Assembly: GCA_963792585.1 (NCBI GenBank)
Contig: CAWBWI010000001.1
Coordinates: 1,120,001 to 1,184,000, forward strand
Length of the DNA stretch: 64,000 bases
Source of the DNA: Candidatus Eiseniibacteriota bacterium
GTDB taxonomy: Bacteria; Eisenbacteria; RBG-16-71-46; CAIMUX01; VGJL01
Direction: 5' to 3'
Shown: positions 20,261 to 29,292 of the stretch, one piece after another
Numbering within the stretch: position 1 is the stretch's first letter
Layout of the letters: every line of letters starts with the position of its first letter
Program-made: the position numbers and the translations under genes
The notes under the pieces: model-generated
Seen by the model: the letters and a program-made list of their open reading frames with translations, nothing else
What the model was told of the DNA's origin: nothing
Database searches by the model: none

Positions 20261-20809
20261 CTACTCCTCCTTGGCGACCCCCGCATCCGTCGCAGGCGCC
20301 GCCGCGGCAGCTGCCGCAGCCGCTGCTTTCTCCGCCTGCTTGCGGGCAGCGATCTCCTTGTCCCGCTCGAGAGCGAACTCGAGGTACATGTCCTTCTTGT
20401 CCTGGACGGCCAGCTCGTACTCCTTGGTCATGGTCAGACACTCGGTCGGGCACGGCTCTGTGCAAAGACCGCAGACCATGCAGAGCGCCATGTCGATGTC
20501 GAACTGCGGGATCCACTGCGTGATCTTCGTGCCGTCGGAGGTGACGCCGTAGTCATCCTTGTCGCGCTTCACGATCTCGATGTGGATGCAGTTGACGGGA
20601 CAGGCCCGCGCGCAAGCGAGGCAGCCGATGCAGTCCTCGATCCGATTGTGCAGGATACCCCTGTAACGCTCGGGCAGCTGCCATCGAACGTCGGGGTACT
20701 CGAGAGTGATCGGCCTCTTGAATGCCTCGCGGCTCGTCACCCGCATCCCGATCAACGCGGTCGCGACGCCCTTGTACAGATCCGAGAAGTACTTCGCTAC
20801 GGCGCTCAT
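20261..20809 (-). CDS. nuoI: NADH-quinone oxidoreductase subunit I
   Basis: 'ITLEYP', 'RYRG', 'CIGCLACARACP', 'CMVCGLCTEPCP'. Confidence 0.95.
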   Translation of the reverse strand: MSAVAKYFSDLYKGVATALIGMRVTSREAFKRPITLEYPDVRWQLPERYRGILHNRIEDCIGCLACARACPVNCIHIEIVKRDKDDYGVTSDGTKITQWIPQFDIDMALCMVCGLCTEPCPTECLTMTKEYELAVQDKKDMYLEFALERDKEIAARKQAEKAAAAAAAAAAPATDAGVAKEE

Positions 20810-20813
20810 CTCT

Positions 20814-21869
20814 CTATCTCCCGTGGAAGACCCACATCTGCACCCCCACGCCGATCAACAGAACGAAGGAGATCGGAATCAGGACTTTCCAGCAGACGTG
20901 CATCAGTTGATCGACGCGCAGGCGCGGCAGGGTCCACCGTAACCACATCATGACGACGACGAGCCCGAACGCCTTCGCGACGAACCAGACCGGCCCCGGC
21001 AGGATCTGCCAGGGCAGGAACGAGTTCCATGCGCCGAGGAACATCACGGAGGCGATCGCCGAGATGACGAAGAGGTTCGCGAACTCGGCGAGGAAGTAGA
21101 AGGCGAATTTCATCCCGCTGTACTCGGTGTTGTAGCCGGTCACCAACTCCGACTCGGCCTCGGGGAGATCGAAGGGGGTTCGGTTGATCTCCGCGAGCCC
21201 GGCGATGAAGTAGACGAATCCGGCGGCGAAGAGAAACGGCGAGCGGAACAGATTCCAGTGCCAGAACCCGCCGGCCTGCTGGCGGCCGATGTCGACCAGA
21301 TTCAGAGTCCCCGTGTACATGATGACCCCGATCAAGGAAAGGGCCACGGGGATCTCGTAGGAAATGATCTGGCTCGCGGCGCGCATCCCGCCATAGAGGG
21401 ACCATTTGTTGTTCGACGCCCACCCGCCCATGATGATCCCGATGACTCCAAGGGAACTGATCGCAAGGATGAAGAAGATCCCAATGTCGAGGTTCGCCGC
21501 GACGATTCCATCCCCGAAGGGGATCGCGACGAAGGTCAACATCGTCCCCAGAAAGGCGATCACCGGCGCGATGTTGAAGAGCAGGCGGTCCGCCGTGGCG
21601 GGGACCGTATCCTCCTTCATCAGGAGCTTCAGCGCATCGGCGACCGTCTGGGACCAGCCGAATTTCCCGCCCGTGTAGACCGGACCGATCCGGCTCTGGA
21701 TCCGAGCGGAGACCTTTCGTTCGAGCCAGACGAAGAACAGGGCGCAGATCGCCATCCAACCCACGGCGCAAAGGCTGAAGAAGACCATCGCCAGGAAGTA
21801 GGAAACCTCCGGCGGCATCCCCTGCAACGCAGCGGACCGGCTGATGAGCGCGTCAACCCACTCCTTCAC
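20814..21869 (-). CDS. nuoH: NADH-quinone oxidoreductase subunit H
   Basis: 'ERKVSARIQSRIGP', 'GWASNNKWSLYGG', 'RTPFDLPEAESEL', 'LPRLRVDQL'. Confidence 0.96.
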   Translation of the reverse strand: MKEWVDALISRSAALQGMPPEVSYFLAMVFFSLCAVGWMAICALFFVWLERKVSARIQSRIGPVYTGGKFGWSQTVADALKLLMKEDTVPATADRLLFNIAPVIAFLGTMLTFVAIPFGDGIVAANLDIGIFFILAISSLGVIGIIMGGWASNNKWSLYGGMRAASQIISYEIPVALSLIGVIMYTGTLNLVDIGRQQAGGFWHWNLFRSPFLFAAGFVYFIAGLAEINRTPFDLPEAESELVTGYNTEYSGMKFAFYFLAEFANLFVISAIASVMFLGAWNSFLPWQILPGPVWFVAKAFGLVVVMMWLRWTLPRLRVDQLMHVCWKVLIPISFVLLIGVGVQMWVFHGR

Positions 21870-21894
21870 CTGCCACCCCTCCCTACCCGCTTCG

Positions 21895-23040
21895 TTAGCG
21901 GTCGATCTCGCCCAGCACGATATCGAGAGAGCCCAGAATCGCGACGAGGTCCGCGATCATGATGCCGTCGGAGATGGCGTCGACGATCGCGAGGTTCGTG
22001 AAACACGGCGAGCGCACCTTGAGGCGCCATATATTCGGCTTGCCGTCGCTCACGAGGTAATAGCCCAGCTCGCCCCGGGGATTCTCGACCCGGCAGTAGA
22101 CTTCTCCCTTGGGGCACTTGATGAGCTTCGGGGTCTTGGGGCTCAGGATGTCCCCTTCCGGGATCTGGGCAAGGCATTGGCGGATGATCTTCAAACACTC
22201 CGCCATCTCCCACATCCGCACGATGTAGCGATCCCATGTATCTCCGAGTTCCCCCTTCAATCCCCTGCCGACGGGGATATCGAAGTCGAGCCTCGGGTAG
22301 ATCGAGTAGGGGTCGTTCCTGCGGAGATCCCACTTCATCCCGCTCGCCCGCAGTGGCGGCCCCGTGATGCCGTAGTTGACGGCCATCGAGAGAGGGATGA
22401 TGCCGACGCCCGCGGTGCGCTCGATGAAGATCTTGTTGTACGAGAGCAGATCGTCGTAGTCCTTGAGCTTCGGCTCGAAGTAGTCGCAGAACTCGGCGAT
22501 CTTCTGCAGCATCTCGGGGGTCAAGTCCCCGCTCACACCGCCGATGCGGTAGTAATTGTATGTGAGGCGCGCTCCGCAGACCATTTCGAAGATGTCCAGG
22601 ATCTTCTCCCGCTCGCGGAACGCATAGAGGAGCGGGGTCGTGGCGCCGAGATCGTTCGCGAAGGTCCCGAAGGCGACCAGATGGCTCGCGATCCTGTTCA
22701 TCTCGGCGATGATGACGCGGATGTACTCCGCCCGCTCGGGGACTTCGAGTCCAAGAAGCTTCTCGACCGTGATGACGTAGCCGTGGTTGTTGTTCATCGC
22801 GGCCAGATAGTCCATCCGGTCGGTGTACGGGATCACCCCCGTGTAGCCGACTTTCTCCGAGTGCTTCTCGAAGCAGCGGTGGAGATAGCCGATGAACGGC
22901 CGCACCTTTCGCACGACTTCGCCGTCGGTCGTCAGCTCCAGGCGCAGCACGCCGTGGGTCGACGGGTGCTGCGGCCCCATCTGGAGGATCATCTCCTCGG
23001 TCTGCAGTTCGGGTGCTCTGGGTGTCCTGTCGATCGGCAT
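21895..23040 (-). CDS. nuoD: NADH-quinone oxidoreductase subunit D
   Basis: 'MGPQHPSTHGVLRL', 'GYLHR', 'RMDY', 'ENPRGELG', terminal 'DIVLGEIDR' (no hydrogenase CxxC). Confidence 0.96.
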   Translation of the reverse strand: MPIDRTPRAPELQTEEMILQMGPQHPSTHGVLRLELTTDGEVVRKVRPFIGYLHRCFEKHSEKVGYTGVIPYTDRMDYLAAMNNNHGYVITVEKLLGLEVPERAEYIRVIIAEMNRIASHLVAFGTFANDLGATTPLLYAFREREKILDIFEMVCGARLTYNYYRIGGVSGDLTPEMLQKIAEFCDYFEPKLKDYDDLLSYNKIFIERTAGVGIIPLSMAVNYGITGPPLRASGMKWDLRRNDPYSIYPRLDFDIPVGRGLKGELGDTWDRYIVRMWEMAECLKIIRQCLAQIPEGDILSPKTPKLIKCPKGEVYCRVENPRGELGYYLVSDGKPNIWRLKVRSPCFTNLAIVDAISDGIMIADLVAILGSLDIVLGEIDR

Positions 23041-23054
23041 CTTGATCGCCTCGC

Positions 23055-23535
23055 CTACGGCTTGTTCGTCACGCCCCGATAGGAATCGGGGTAGACATAG
23101 TCCTTGCGGAGCGGGTGCCCCTCCCAGTCGAATGGCAGGAGGATCCGCCGCAGATCCGGGTGTCCCTCGAAGACCACGCCGAACATGTCGAAGCACTCGC
23201 GCTCGTGCCAGTTGGCCATCTTCCAGGCCGGATCGACGGTCGGCACCCTCGGGTCATTGCGGTCGAGCTGCGCCTTGAGCACCAGCTTCCGACCGTGGGT
23301 CTGCGAATGAGAGGTGGTAGACCACCTCGATCCGATCGGGAGGGTAGTCGACGCCGGAGAGACACATCAGCCACTCGTACGAAAGGGCCGGATCGTCCCG
23401 CAGGAAGAGCGCGACCTCTCCCATCCTGGGCGGATCGATCACGAGAAACGGGTCACCCGCGAGCGCTGTCTCCAGGCTCTTCACGCTGCCCGGGAAGCGC
23501 ACGTTGAGCCGGTCGACGATCTCCTGCAACTCCAC
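23055..23535 (-). CDS. nuoC: NADH-quinone oxidoreductase subunit C (frameshift near 23290)
   Basis: 'LMCLSGVDY...EVVYHL' then '[40 protein letters not shown]'. Confidence 0.93.
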
Positions 23536-24051
23536 CTAAGCCTCCCCCACCACGATCGGGTTCTTCGCCCGCGCGATCGTCTTGTTCTTGATCACCCTGT
23601 TCTGCAGGTAAAGAAGCGCATCGAGCAGGGCCTCGGGCCGCGGCGGGCATCCGGTCACGTAGACATCGACCGGCACGATCTTGTCGACCCCCTTGAGGAC
23701 CGAGTAGCCGTGCTCCCAGTAAGGACCGCCCGCGTTGGCGCAACTCCCCATCGAGATCACGTACTTGGGCTCGGCCATCTGGTCGTAGAGGAGCTTCAGC
23801 CGCGACGCCATCTGGTGGGTCACGGTGCCCGCGACGACCATCAGGTCCGCCTGTCGCGGCGTCGCGCGGAATGGGCCGCTGCCGAATCGGTCGATGTCGT
23901 AGCGAGAGAAACCGGTCGCCATCATCTCGATCGCGCAGCATGCGAGACCGAATGAAAGGGGCCAGACGCTCGATCGCCGCGCCCAGTTGATGACGGTGTC
24001 GAGGCTGGTGACGACGATGCCGTCGTTGAGCTTGTCTTCTATAGGACTCAT
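23536..24051 (-). CDS. nuoB: NADH-quinone oxidoreductase subunit B
   Basis: '[11 protein letters not shown]', '[11 protein letters not shown]', 'SMGSCA..GG', 'GCPPRPEA'. Confidence 0.96.
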   Translation of the reverse strand: MSPIEDKLNDGIVVTSLDTVINWARRSSVWPLSFGLACCAIEMMATGFSRYDIDRFGSGPFRATPRQADLMVVAGTVTHQMASRLKLLYDQMAEPKYVISMGSCANAGGPYWEHGYSVLKGVDKIVPVDVYVTGCPPRPEALLDALLYLQNRVIKNKTIARAKNPIVVGEA

Positions 24052-24482
24052 GGCCTGCCTCCCGAGGCAGTGACGTTGAAGTTCTTGGGGACCGGGGCGT
24101 CGACGTCGTGACGCCGCACCTCCGGACGAACCCACTCGAGATCACCCTTCTTCCAGACGTACGCAAGGGCCTCTAGCAGGCTGACGAGGAATATCAGCAG
24201 GTAGACGAAGGAGACGACTCCCATCTGCTTGTAGATCGTCGCCCACGGATAGAGCAAAACGATCTCCACGTCGAAGACGACGAAGATCAACGCGACAACG
24301 TAGAAGCGGATGTTGAACTTGATCCAGGGGCTGCCGACGGGGCGCTCGCCGCACTCGTAGATCGACTGCTTCTCCGCGCCCGGGCGGAAGGGGGCGACCA
24401 GTTTCGATAGCAGAAGGGTGAAGAGCGCAAACGCGACGCCGATGCCCATGAAAACCAAGACGGTCGCAAAATGGAAATCCAC
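24048..24482 (-). CDS. nuoA: NADH-quinone oxidoreductase subunit A (GTG start after GGGAGGG)
   Basis: 'YECGE', '[14 protein letters not shown]', '[10 protein letters not shown]'. Confidence 0.95.
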   Translation of the reverse strand: MDFHFATVLVFMGIGVAFALFTLLLSKLVAPFRPGAEKQSIYECGERPVGSPWIKFNIRFYVVALIFVVFDVEIVLLYPWATIYKQMGVVSFVYLLIFLVSLLEALAYVWKKGDLEWVRPEVRRHDVDAPVPKNFNVTASGGRP

Positions 24483-24521
24483 GGACCCCTCCCGGTTCGT
24501 TGCCGTCAAGCAAACACGATG

Positions 24522-24550
24522 AAGCTAAACGCGCGGTTCCAGGGTGTCAA
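24522..24550 (-). promoter_or_regulatory. Sigma70-type promoter of the nuo operon
   Basis: TTGACA(24550-45)-17-TAGCTT(24527-22). Confidence 0.65.
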
Positions 24551-24568
24551 CATTCCACGGTGGGTTGG

Positions 24569-24597
24569 TTGCGATCGATCGCGCGCCCTGTTAGGTT
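24569..24597 (+). promoter_or_regulatory. Sigma70-type promoter for a probably leaderless TrmH-family mRNA
   Basis: TTGCGA-17-TAGGTT with an upstream TG extension; ATG lies 7 nt downstream and has no SD. Confidence 0.55.
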
Positions 24598-24604
24598 TCC
24601 CGCG

Positions 24605-25159
24605 ATGGACCTGCACCCTCCACCCATGAGCGTGCGGCAGCGCGACCGCCTCGAGGAAACGTCCCCCGAAGGCGCGCGACTTCCGCTCCGCATCGTGCTC
24701 GACAACCTACGATCCGCCTTCAACGTCGGCTCGATCTTTCGAACGAGCGAGGGGGCCGGCGTGGAGCAGATCCATCTATGCGGGATCACTCCCTATCCAC
24801 CGAACCCCAAACTCGAGAAAACAGCACGTGGGGCCTGTGCCCTGGTTCCCTGGTCGCATCACGTCGACACGATGGAGGCGATCCGACTCCTCCGGACCCA
24901 AGGCTTTGCTCTAGCGGCCCTAGAGCTGACGGATCGGTCTGTGGATTACCGCAGCCTCCCCTACCCCAAACCCATCGCCTTCATCCTAGGACATGAAGTC
25001 GCCGGAGTCACCCGTCCAGTTCTGGAGGCCGCCGACTGGGTCGTCGAGATCCCCCTTCGGGGGCGCAAGAATTCCCTGAACGTGGCGACTACTTGCGGGA
25101 TCGTCCTCTTCGAGATCCTGCGTCAGTGGGACCTTTCGCGGCCCGAGTCCCAGCTGTAG
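24605..25159 (+). CDS. SpoU/TrmH-family RNA methyltransferase
   Basis: 'VLDNLRSAFNVGSIFRT', 'LGHEVAGV', 'IPLRGRKNSLNVA'. Confidence 0.93.
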   Translation: MDLHPPPMSVRQRDRLEETSPEGARLPLRIVLDNLRSAFNVGSIFRTSEGAGVEQIHLCGITPYPPNPKLEKTARGACALVPWSHHVDTMEAIRLLRTQGFALAALELTDRSVDYRSLPYPKPIAFILGHEVAGVTRPVLEAADWVVEIPLRGRKNSLNVATTCGIVLFEILRQWDLSRPESQL

Positions 25160-25947
25160 GCAACCGAGTCCCAGCTCAATCCCGGCCCGCGGTTCGCGGG
25201 GGGTTCGACCACCTCTGCGAGAAGGACGGTGACGTTGTCGGGAGCGCCCGCGGCGAGCGCACGCTCGATTGCCAGGGTAAGCGCAGGGCCGATCGACGGG
25301 GCTTCCAGGAGCCCGGCGATCTCCTCCATGGGAAGGGCCTTCCCAAGCCCATCGGTGCAGAGCAGAAGACGATCTCCCGCGGTGAGCGCGAGCGGCCGCT
25401 CGGAGACATCGGGCGCGCAGGGAACCGATGGCCCGAGGAACCGGGTGAGCAACGCACCTTCGGGAGCGCGCTCCGCCTCATCGGCGTCGAGCCGGCCTGC
25501 GGCCACGAGTTCCCACGCGGCATTGTGGTCTTCCGTGAAGAGCCGGAGCACCCCCTCACGCTGCCACAGGAGACGACTGTCTCCGATGTTTCCGACCCAC
25601 GCCCCGTCTTCCTGCACGAGCAATGCGGTGAGCGTGGTTCCCATGCTCGCCAACCCGGGATGGAGGCGCGCATGCTCGCGCAGCCGATTCTGGGCCGCTC
25701 GGAAGATCTCGGCGAGACGCTCCCTGCCGGTTCGAGGAGGATCGGTTCGCCGAGCATCCTCGAGGCACGCCTCCACTGCCAGACGGCTCGCTACGTCTCC
25801 CCCCGGATGTCCGCCCATCCCGTCGGCGACGACCAGGAGGCAACCGCCCGCACAGGATGCGAGGGCGGCCGCGCCCCAGGTATCCTCGTTGCGGCGGCGC
25901 TGGCGTCCCACATCGGTCCTGCCGTCATATCGAATGTCGATCGCCAT
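25123..25947 (-). CDS. PP2C-family Ser/Thr protein phosphatase
   Basis: 'TDVGRQRRRNED', 'VADGMGG', 'MGTT', 'NIGDSR', 'LLCTDGL', 'DNVT'. Confidence 0.93.
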   Translation of the reverse strand: MAIDIRYDGRTDVGRQRRRNEDTWGAAALASCAGGCLLVVADGMGGHPGGDVASRLAVEACLEDARRTDPPRTGRERLAEIFRAAQNRLREHARLHPGLASMGTTLTALLVQEDGAWVGNIGDSRLLWQREGVLRLFTEDHNAAWELVAAGRLDADEAERAPEGALLTRFLGPSVPCAPDVSERPLALTAGDRLLLCTDGLGKALPMEEIAGLLEAPSIGPALTLAIERALAAGAPDNVTVLLAEVVEPPANRGPGLSWDSVAYSWDSGRERSH

Positions 25948-26043
25948 GCCTCCTTTTGCCATCCCGCCGGCGTCCGGTAGAATCCGCATCCAAAGCCCCG
26001 CTGTCAACGGTCCTCGGGGCTCACGGGACGGGAGGGTGTTCTT

Positions 26044-27396
26044 TTGAAGTCGCGCAAACCGCTTCTGGTCATCTTCCTCACGATCTTTCTCGACCTGCTC
26101 GGTTTCGGCCTCGTCCTCCCCCTGCTGCCGCTCTACGCAGAGAGCTTCCGCGCCTCCCCCCTGATGGTGACCTCGATCTCCGCCAGCTACTCCCTGATGC
26201 AGTTCCTGTTCGTGCCGATCTGGGGCAGACTGAGCGATCGGGTCGGCCGGCGCCCGATCCTCCTGTTGAGCATAGCGGGAGCGTTGGCCGCTTACCTTCT
26301 GATGGGCTTCTCCCGATCCTTGGCAGGGCTCTTCCTCGCCCGGATCCTGTCGGGGATCGCCGGAGCGAACCTGAGCGTCGCGCAAGCCTACATCGCCGAC
26401 ATCACGCGCCCCGAGGATCGGGCGAAGGGAATGGGGATGGTCGGCGCCGCGTTCGGCCTCGGCTTCATCTTCGGGCCATTCATCGGCGGCACCCTCTCCA
26501 CCCTCCCGGTCTCATGGCTACCGCCGGGCCTCGCGGGTTGGCGGGCGAGCCTTCCCTTCTTCGCCGCCGCCTTGCTGGCGGCCGTGAACCTGATCTCGGC
26601 CTACGTGTGGCTGCCGGAGTCGCGACAGGTTCCGGGGAGCAACGTCGGGCAAGCCCGTCCGGGTATGACATGGAAGGCCCTCGCGCAGGCGCTCGCCCAC
26701 CCGCATCTCGGCTGGCTCATGGGGATCATGTTCTTCACGACCTTCGCGTTCGCGAACATGGAATCGACCTTCGTGCTCTGGATGGAACGAGCCCTGCCCG
26801 AGCGGATCGAGGCCGCGGCGCCGGATCGTCCAACACAGGAGGCGGTCGCGCAAACCCTCGATCCCGGGCGTTCCGCCCGTGAGCACATCGCGATGCCGCC
26901 CGGGCGGATCCACCATGTCGCGGGCGGCTCGGCGCGCAAGGCGGGCATGCTCTTCGCCTACATTGGAGTCCTGATGGTCGCGATGCAGGGCGGCTTGATC
27001 GGTTGGTTCAACCGCCGCTTCGGAGAACGAAAGCTCGTCGCCGCGGGCACCCTGCTCATGACCAACGGGCTCCTTCTCGCCCCGCTGTGCCACTCGATCC
27101 CACCGTTGCTCGGGGTCCTAGCGCTGCTGGCCGTGGGGAGCGGGCTCTGCGGCCCTGCCCTGCAGAGCCTCATCTCGCGGCGCGCCGGCGCCGACGATCA
27201 AGGCGGCGTGCTGGGTTTGAATCAGAGTCTGTCGTCGCTTGCGCGCGTCGTCGGCCCCCTGACCGCGGGATTCGTCTTCGGGCGGTTTGGGCCAAGCGCG
27301 CCCTGGCTCACCGGCGGCATCTTGATGGGAGCGACCTGCGTGGCAGCGATATGGGTTCTCTTCTTGCGCGAGAAGACCCCGGAAGCGGTGGTATGA
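26044..27396 (+). CDS. MFS transporter, TetA/DHA1-like
   Basis: 'FLDLLGFGLVLPLLP', motif A 'GRLSDRVGRRP', 'AQAYIAD', 'GLGFIFGP'. Confidence 0.92.
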   Translation: MKSRKPLLVIFLTIFLDLLGFGLVLPLLPLYAESFRASPLMVTSISASYSLMQFLFVPIWGRLSDRVGRRPILLLSIAGALAAYLLMGFSRSLAGLFLARILSGIAGANLSVAQAYIADITRPEDRAKGMGMVGAAFGLGFIFGPFIGGTLSTLPVSWLPPGLAGWRASLPFFAAALLAAVNLISAYVWLPESRQVPGSNVGQARPGMTWKALAQALAHPHLGWLMGIMFFTTFAFANMESTFVLWMERALPERIEAAAPDRPTQEAVAQTLDPGRSAREHIAMPPGRIHHVAGGSARKAGMLFAYIGVLMVAMQGGLIGWFNRRFGERKLVAAGTLLMTNGLLLAPLCHSIPPLLGVLALLAVGSGLCGPALQSLISRRAGADDQGGVLGLNQSLSSLARVVGPLTAGFVFGRFGPSAPWLTGGILMGATCVAAIWVLFLREKTPEAVV

Positions 27397-27452
27397 AAGA
27401 GCCCGCAGATCTGCATCCGCGGGCTTCCTCTCATGCGATGACGAAGGATCGT

Positions 27453-27662
27453 CTAGGACTCGTCGTCGTCCTCGTCCAGTTCATCGTCTAGGTCTTCTTC
27501 GTCGTCCTCGAACTCGTCCTCGTCCCAGTCCTCGTCTTCCTCGAGGTCATCGAGGTCGTCGAGATCCTCGTCGTCCTCTTCTTCCTCTTCCAGATCGTCA
27601 TCTTCGAGGTCGTCGTCGTCCTTGCCCTTCAGACCGACCAGCTTCGTCCATTCATCTCGCAT
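27453..27662 (-). CDS. 69-aa hyper-acidic hypothetical protein
   Basis: SD GGAGGA precedes ATG; sequence MRDEWTKLVGLKGK followed by a 55-aa D/E tract; upstream TTGACA-17-AAAACT (27800-27772). Confidence 0.75.
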   Translation of the reverse strand: MRDEWTKLVGLKGKDDDDLEDDDLEEEEEDDEDLDDLDDLEEDEDWDEDEFEDDEEDLDDELDEDDDES

Positions 27663-27843
27663 GGATTTCCTCCGAGTCTCGAGCCCTTGCAACCGGCACC
27701 CACGGCCCGCCCCTGGCTATCGGCACGACATCGAGAAGTCCGCCGAAGAAAGCCGGGCAGGGGCAGTCGCGAGTTTTCAGATTGCCCCCGAAACTGTCAA
27801 GGAAAAGTTCGATCGCGGCGGGCGCCCGCCTATACTCGCCTCG

Positions 27844-29292
27844 ATGGACACGAAACATTTCCTGACAGCGGTGGGAGTCGCGATCCTTGCCGTCCTCCCG
27901 GTTTGCTCTTCCGGGTCGACCACCTACTTGCTCCGGCTCGGCGGGGCGCGGATCGGGACCCTGGAGCGCATGGTGGAGGGTCCCGACACGGGGAGGATGA
28001 CCGTACGGGAACGCACGCGAATTCGCATGTCCCGGGGGGATCGGTCGATCGAGATGGGCGAGGACCTCACCTGGACCGAGTCGGAAGGCTCGGGATTGGA
28101 GAGCTTCGGCGTCGAGCGAAGCGGTTTCGGTCCCGATCGATGGTCGGACGACTTCCGGCGTGCCGGCTCGGGTTGGAGATGGAGGCGGAGTCGCTCGCGG
28201 GGCGGACCCAGCAAGGTCGACACGGTGCTTTGCGGCCGACTCAGCGGGCCGATTGCCATCGATCGTTCCTTCACGGAATCCCCCGACACGGTCAGGATCC
28301 GGACCCTGGACCCCACGACAACCGAACCGGCGACCTATTTCGCGCACTTCCTGCGGGCCGATACCCTTACCTCCCGGGACGCGCGCGTCGCATGTCGCGT
28401 CTATGTCCTGCGGGATTCATCCGGAACTTCGCCCGAGGTGCTCCAGTGGCGCGACGACCGGGGCGGGGTGTGGAAGGAGAACGATCCGACCCTTGGGTGG
28501 ACTTCCGAGCGGATCGAACTCGCGCCCGGGCGGGTCGGCGAAGCGGACCTCGACGTCATGGCGTGGATCTCGATTCCCCTGGAAGGGAAGTTCCAGGGCG
28601 GGACCGACTGCACGCTCGTCGTCGAGCGCGTCGATGGCGGAGAGCCGGCGGACACCACCCCACCCATCCCGGACGGCGTGGGCCAACGGGTTGTCCCCAA
28701 CGTGCCCGGCAACGTCTGGAAGGTCGTTCGCCGCCAGGATACCCGGATCTCCCCGGAACGCTCGATGGACCGCACGCTCTGGCGGGCTGATCCCGAACTC
28801 GCCGGAGCGCTGGAGCCGGGGCTCATCGTCGACGCAGGAGACCCATCGATCCATGCGTTTGCCGAACGGGCGGCAGCCGGCGCCAAGACCCCGGCGGCGG
28901 AGGCCCTCGCCCTGGAGCGGGCCGTGCGCACCGCAATCCGAACGCGTGACCTGGGGACGGTTTTCGGAACCGCCTCCCAGACCCTGCGCGACGGCCGCGG
29001 CGACTGCACCGAACATGCGGTCCTACTGGCGGCCTGCTGCCGGGCCCGCGGAATCCCGGCCCGTCTCGTGGCCGGCATCGTCCCGAACGGAGCCCAAATG
29101 AGCTTCCACCTCTGGACCGAAGTCTACCTCGGCAGTTGGATTCCGCTCGATGCCACCCGCGGGATAGGATCGATCGACCCATGCGCCGTGGCGCTCCAAC
29201 GTTGGACGCAACCGGAGGACGGGCTCGCCGGCTTCCAGGTTTCCCTCGAGCGGATGACGGCCGGCTATCGATTCCGTTTCGCGGAGGAATGA
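27844..29292 (+). CDS. Secreted transglutaminase-like protein
   Basis: Signal peptide; Cys-His-Asp triad motifs 'GDCTEHAVLLAACCRARGIPAR', 'HLWTEV', 'WIPLDAT'. Confidence 0.88.
   Translation: MDTKHFLTAVGVAILAVLPVCSSGSTTYLLRLGGARIGTLERMVEGPDTGRMTVRERTRIRMSRGDRSIEMGEDLTWTESEGSGLESFGVERSGFGPDRWSDDFRRAGSGWRWRRSRSRGGPSKVDTVLCGRLSGPIAIDRSFTESPDTVRIRTLDPTTTEPATYFAHFLRADTLTSRDARVACRVYVLRDSSGTSPEVLQWRDDRGGVWKENDPTLGWTSERIELAPGRVGEADLDVMAWISIPLEGKFQGGTDCTLVVERVDGGEPADTTPPIPDGVGQRVVPNVPGNVWKVVRRQDTRISPERSMDRTLWRADPELAGALEPGLIVDAGDPSIHAFAERAAAGAKTPAAEALALERAVRTAIRTRDLGTVFGTASQTLRDGRGDCTEHAVLLAACCRARGIPARLVAGIVPNGAQMSFHLWTEVYLGSWIPLDATRGIGSIDPCAVALQRWTQPEDGLAGFQVSLERMTAGYRFRFAEE

Noticed and set aside
25123..25159. 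37-nt convergent overlap of the TrmH and PP2C genes
   Set aside because: Short tail-to-tail overlaps are common in compact high-GC genomes.
27453..27625. TCG/TCC-rich tract as a tandem repeat or CRISPR-like array
   Set aside because: There is no fixed repeat unit or spacer structure; it is explained by Asp/Glu codons on the minus strand.
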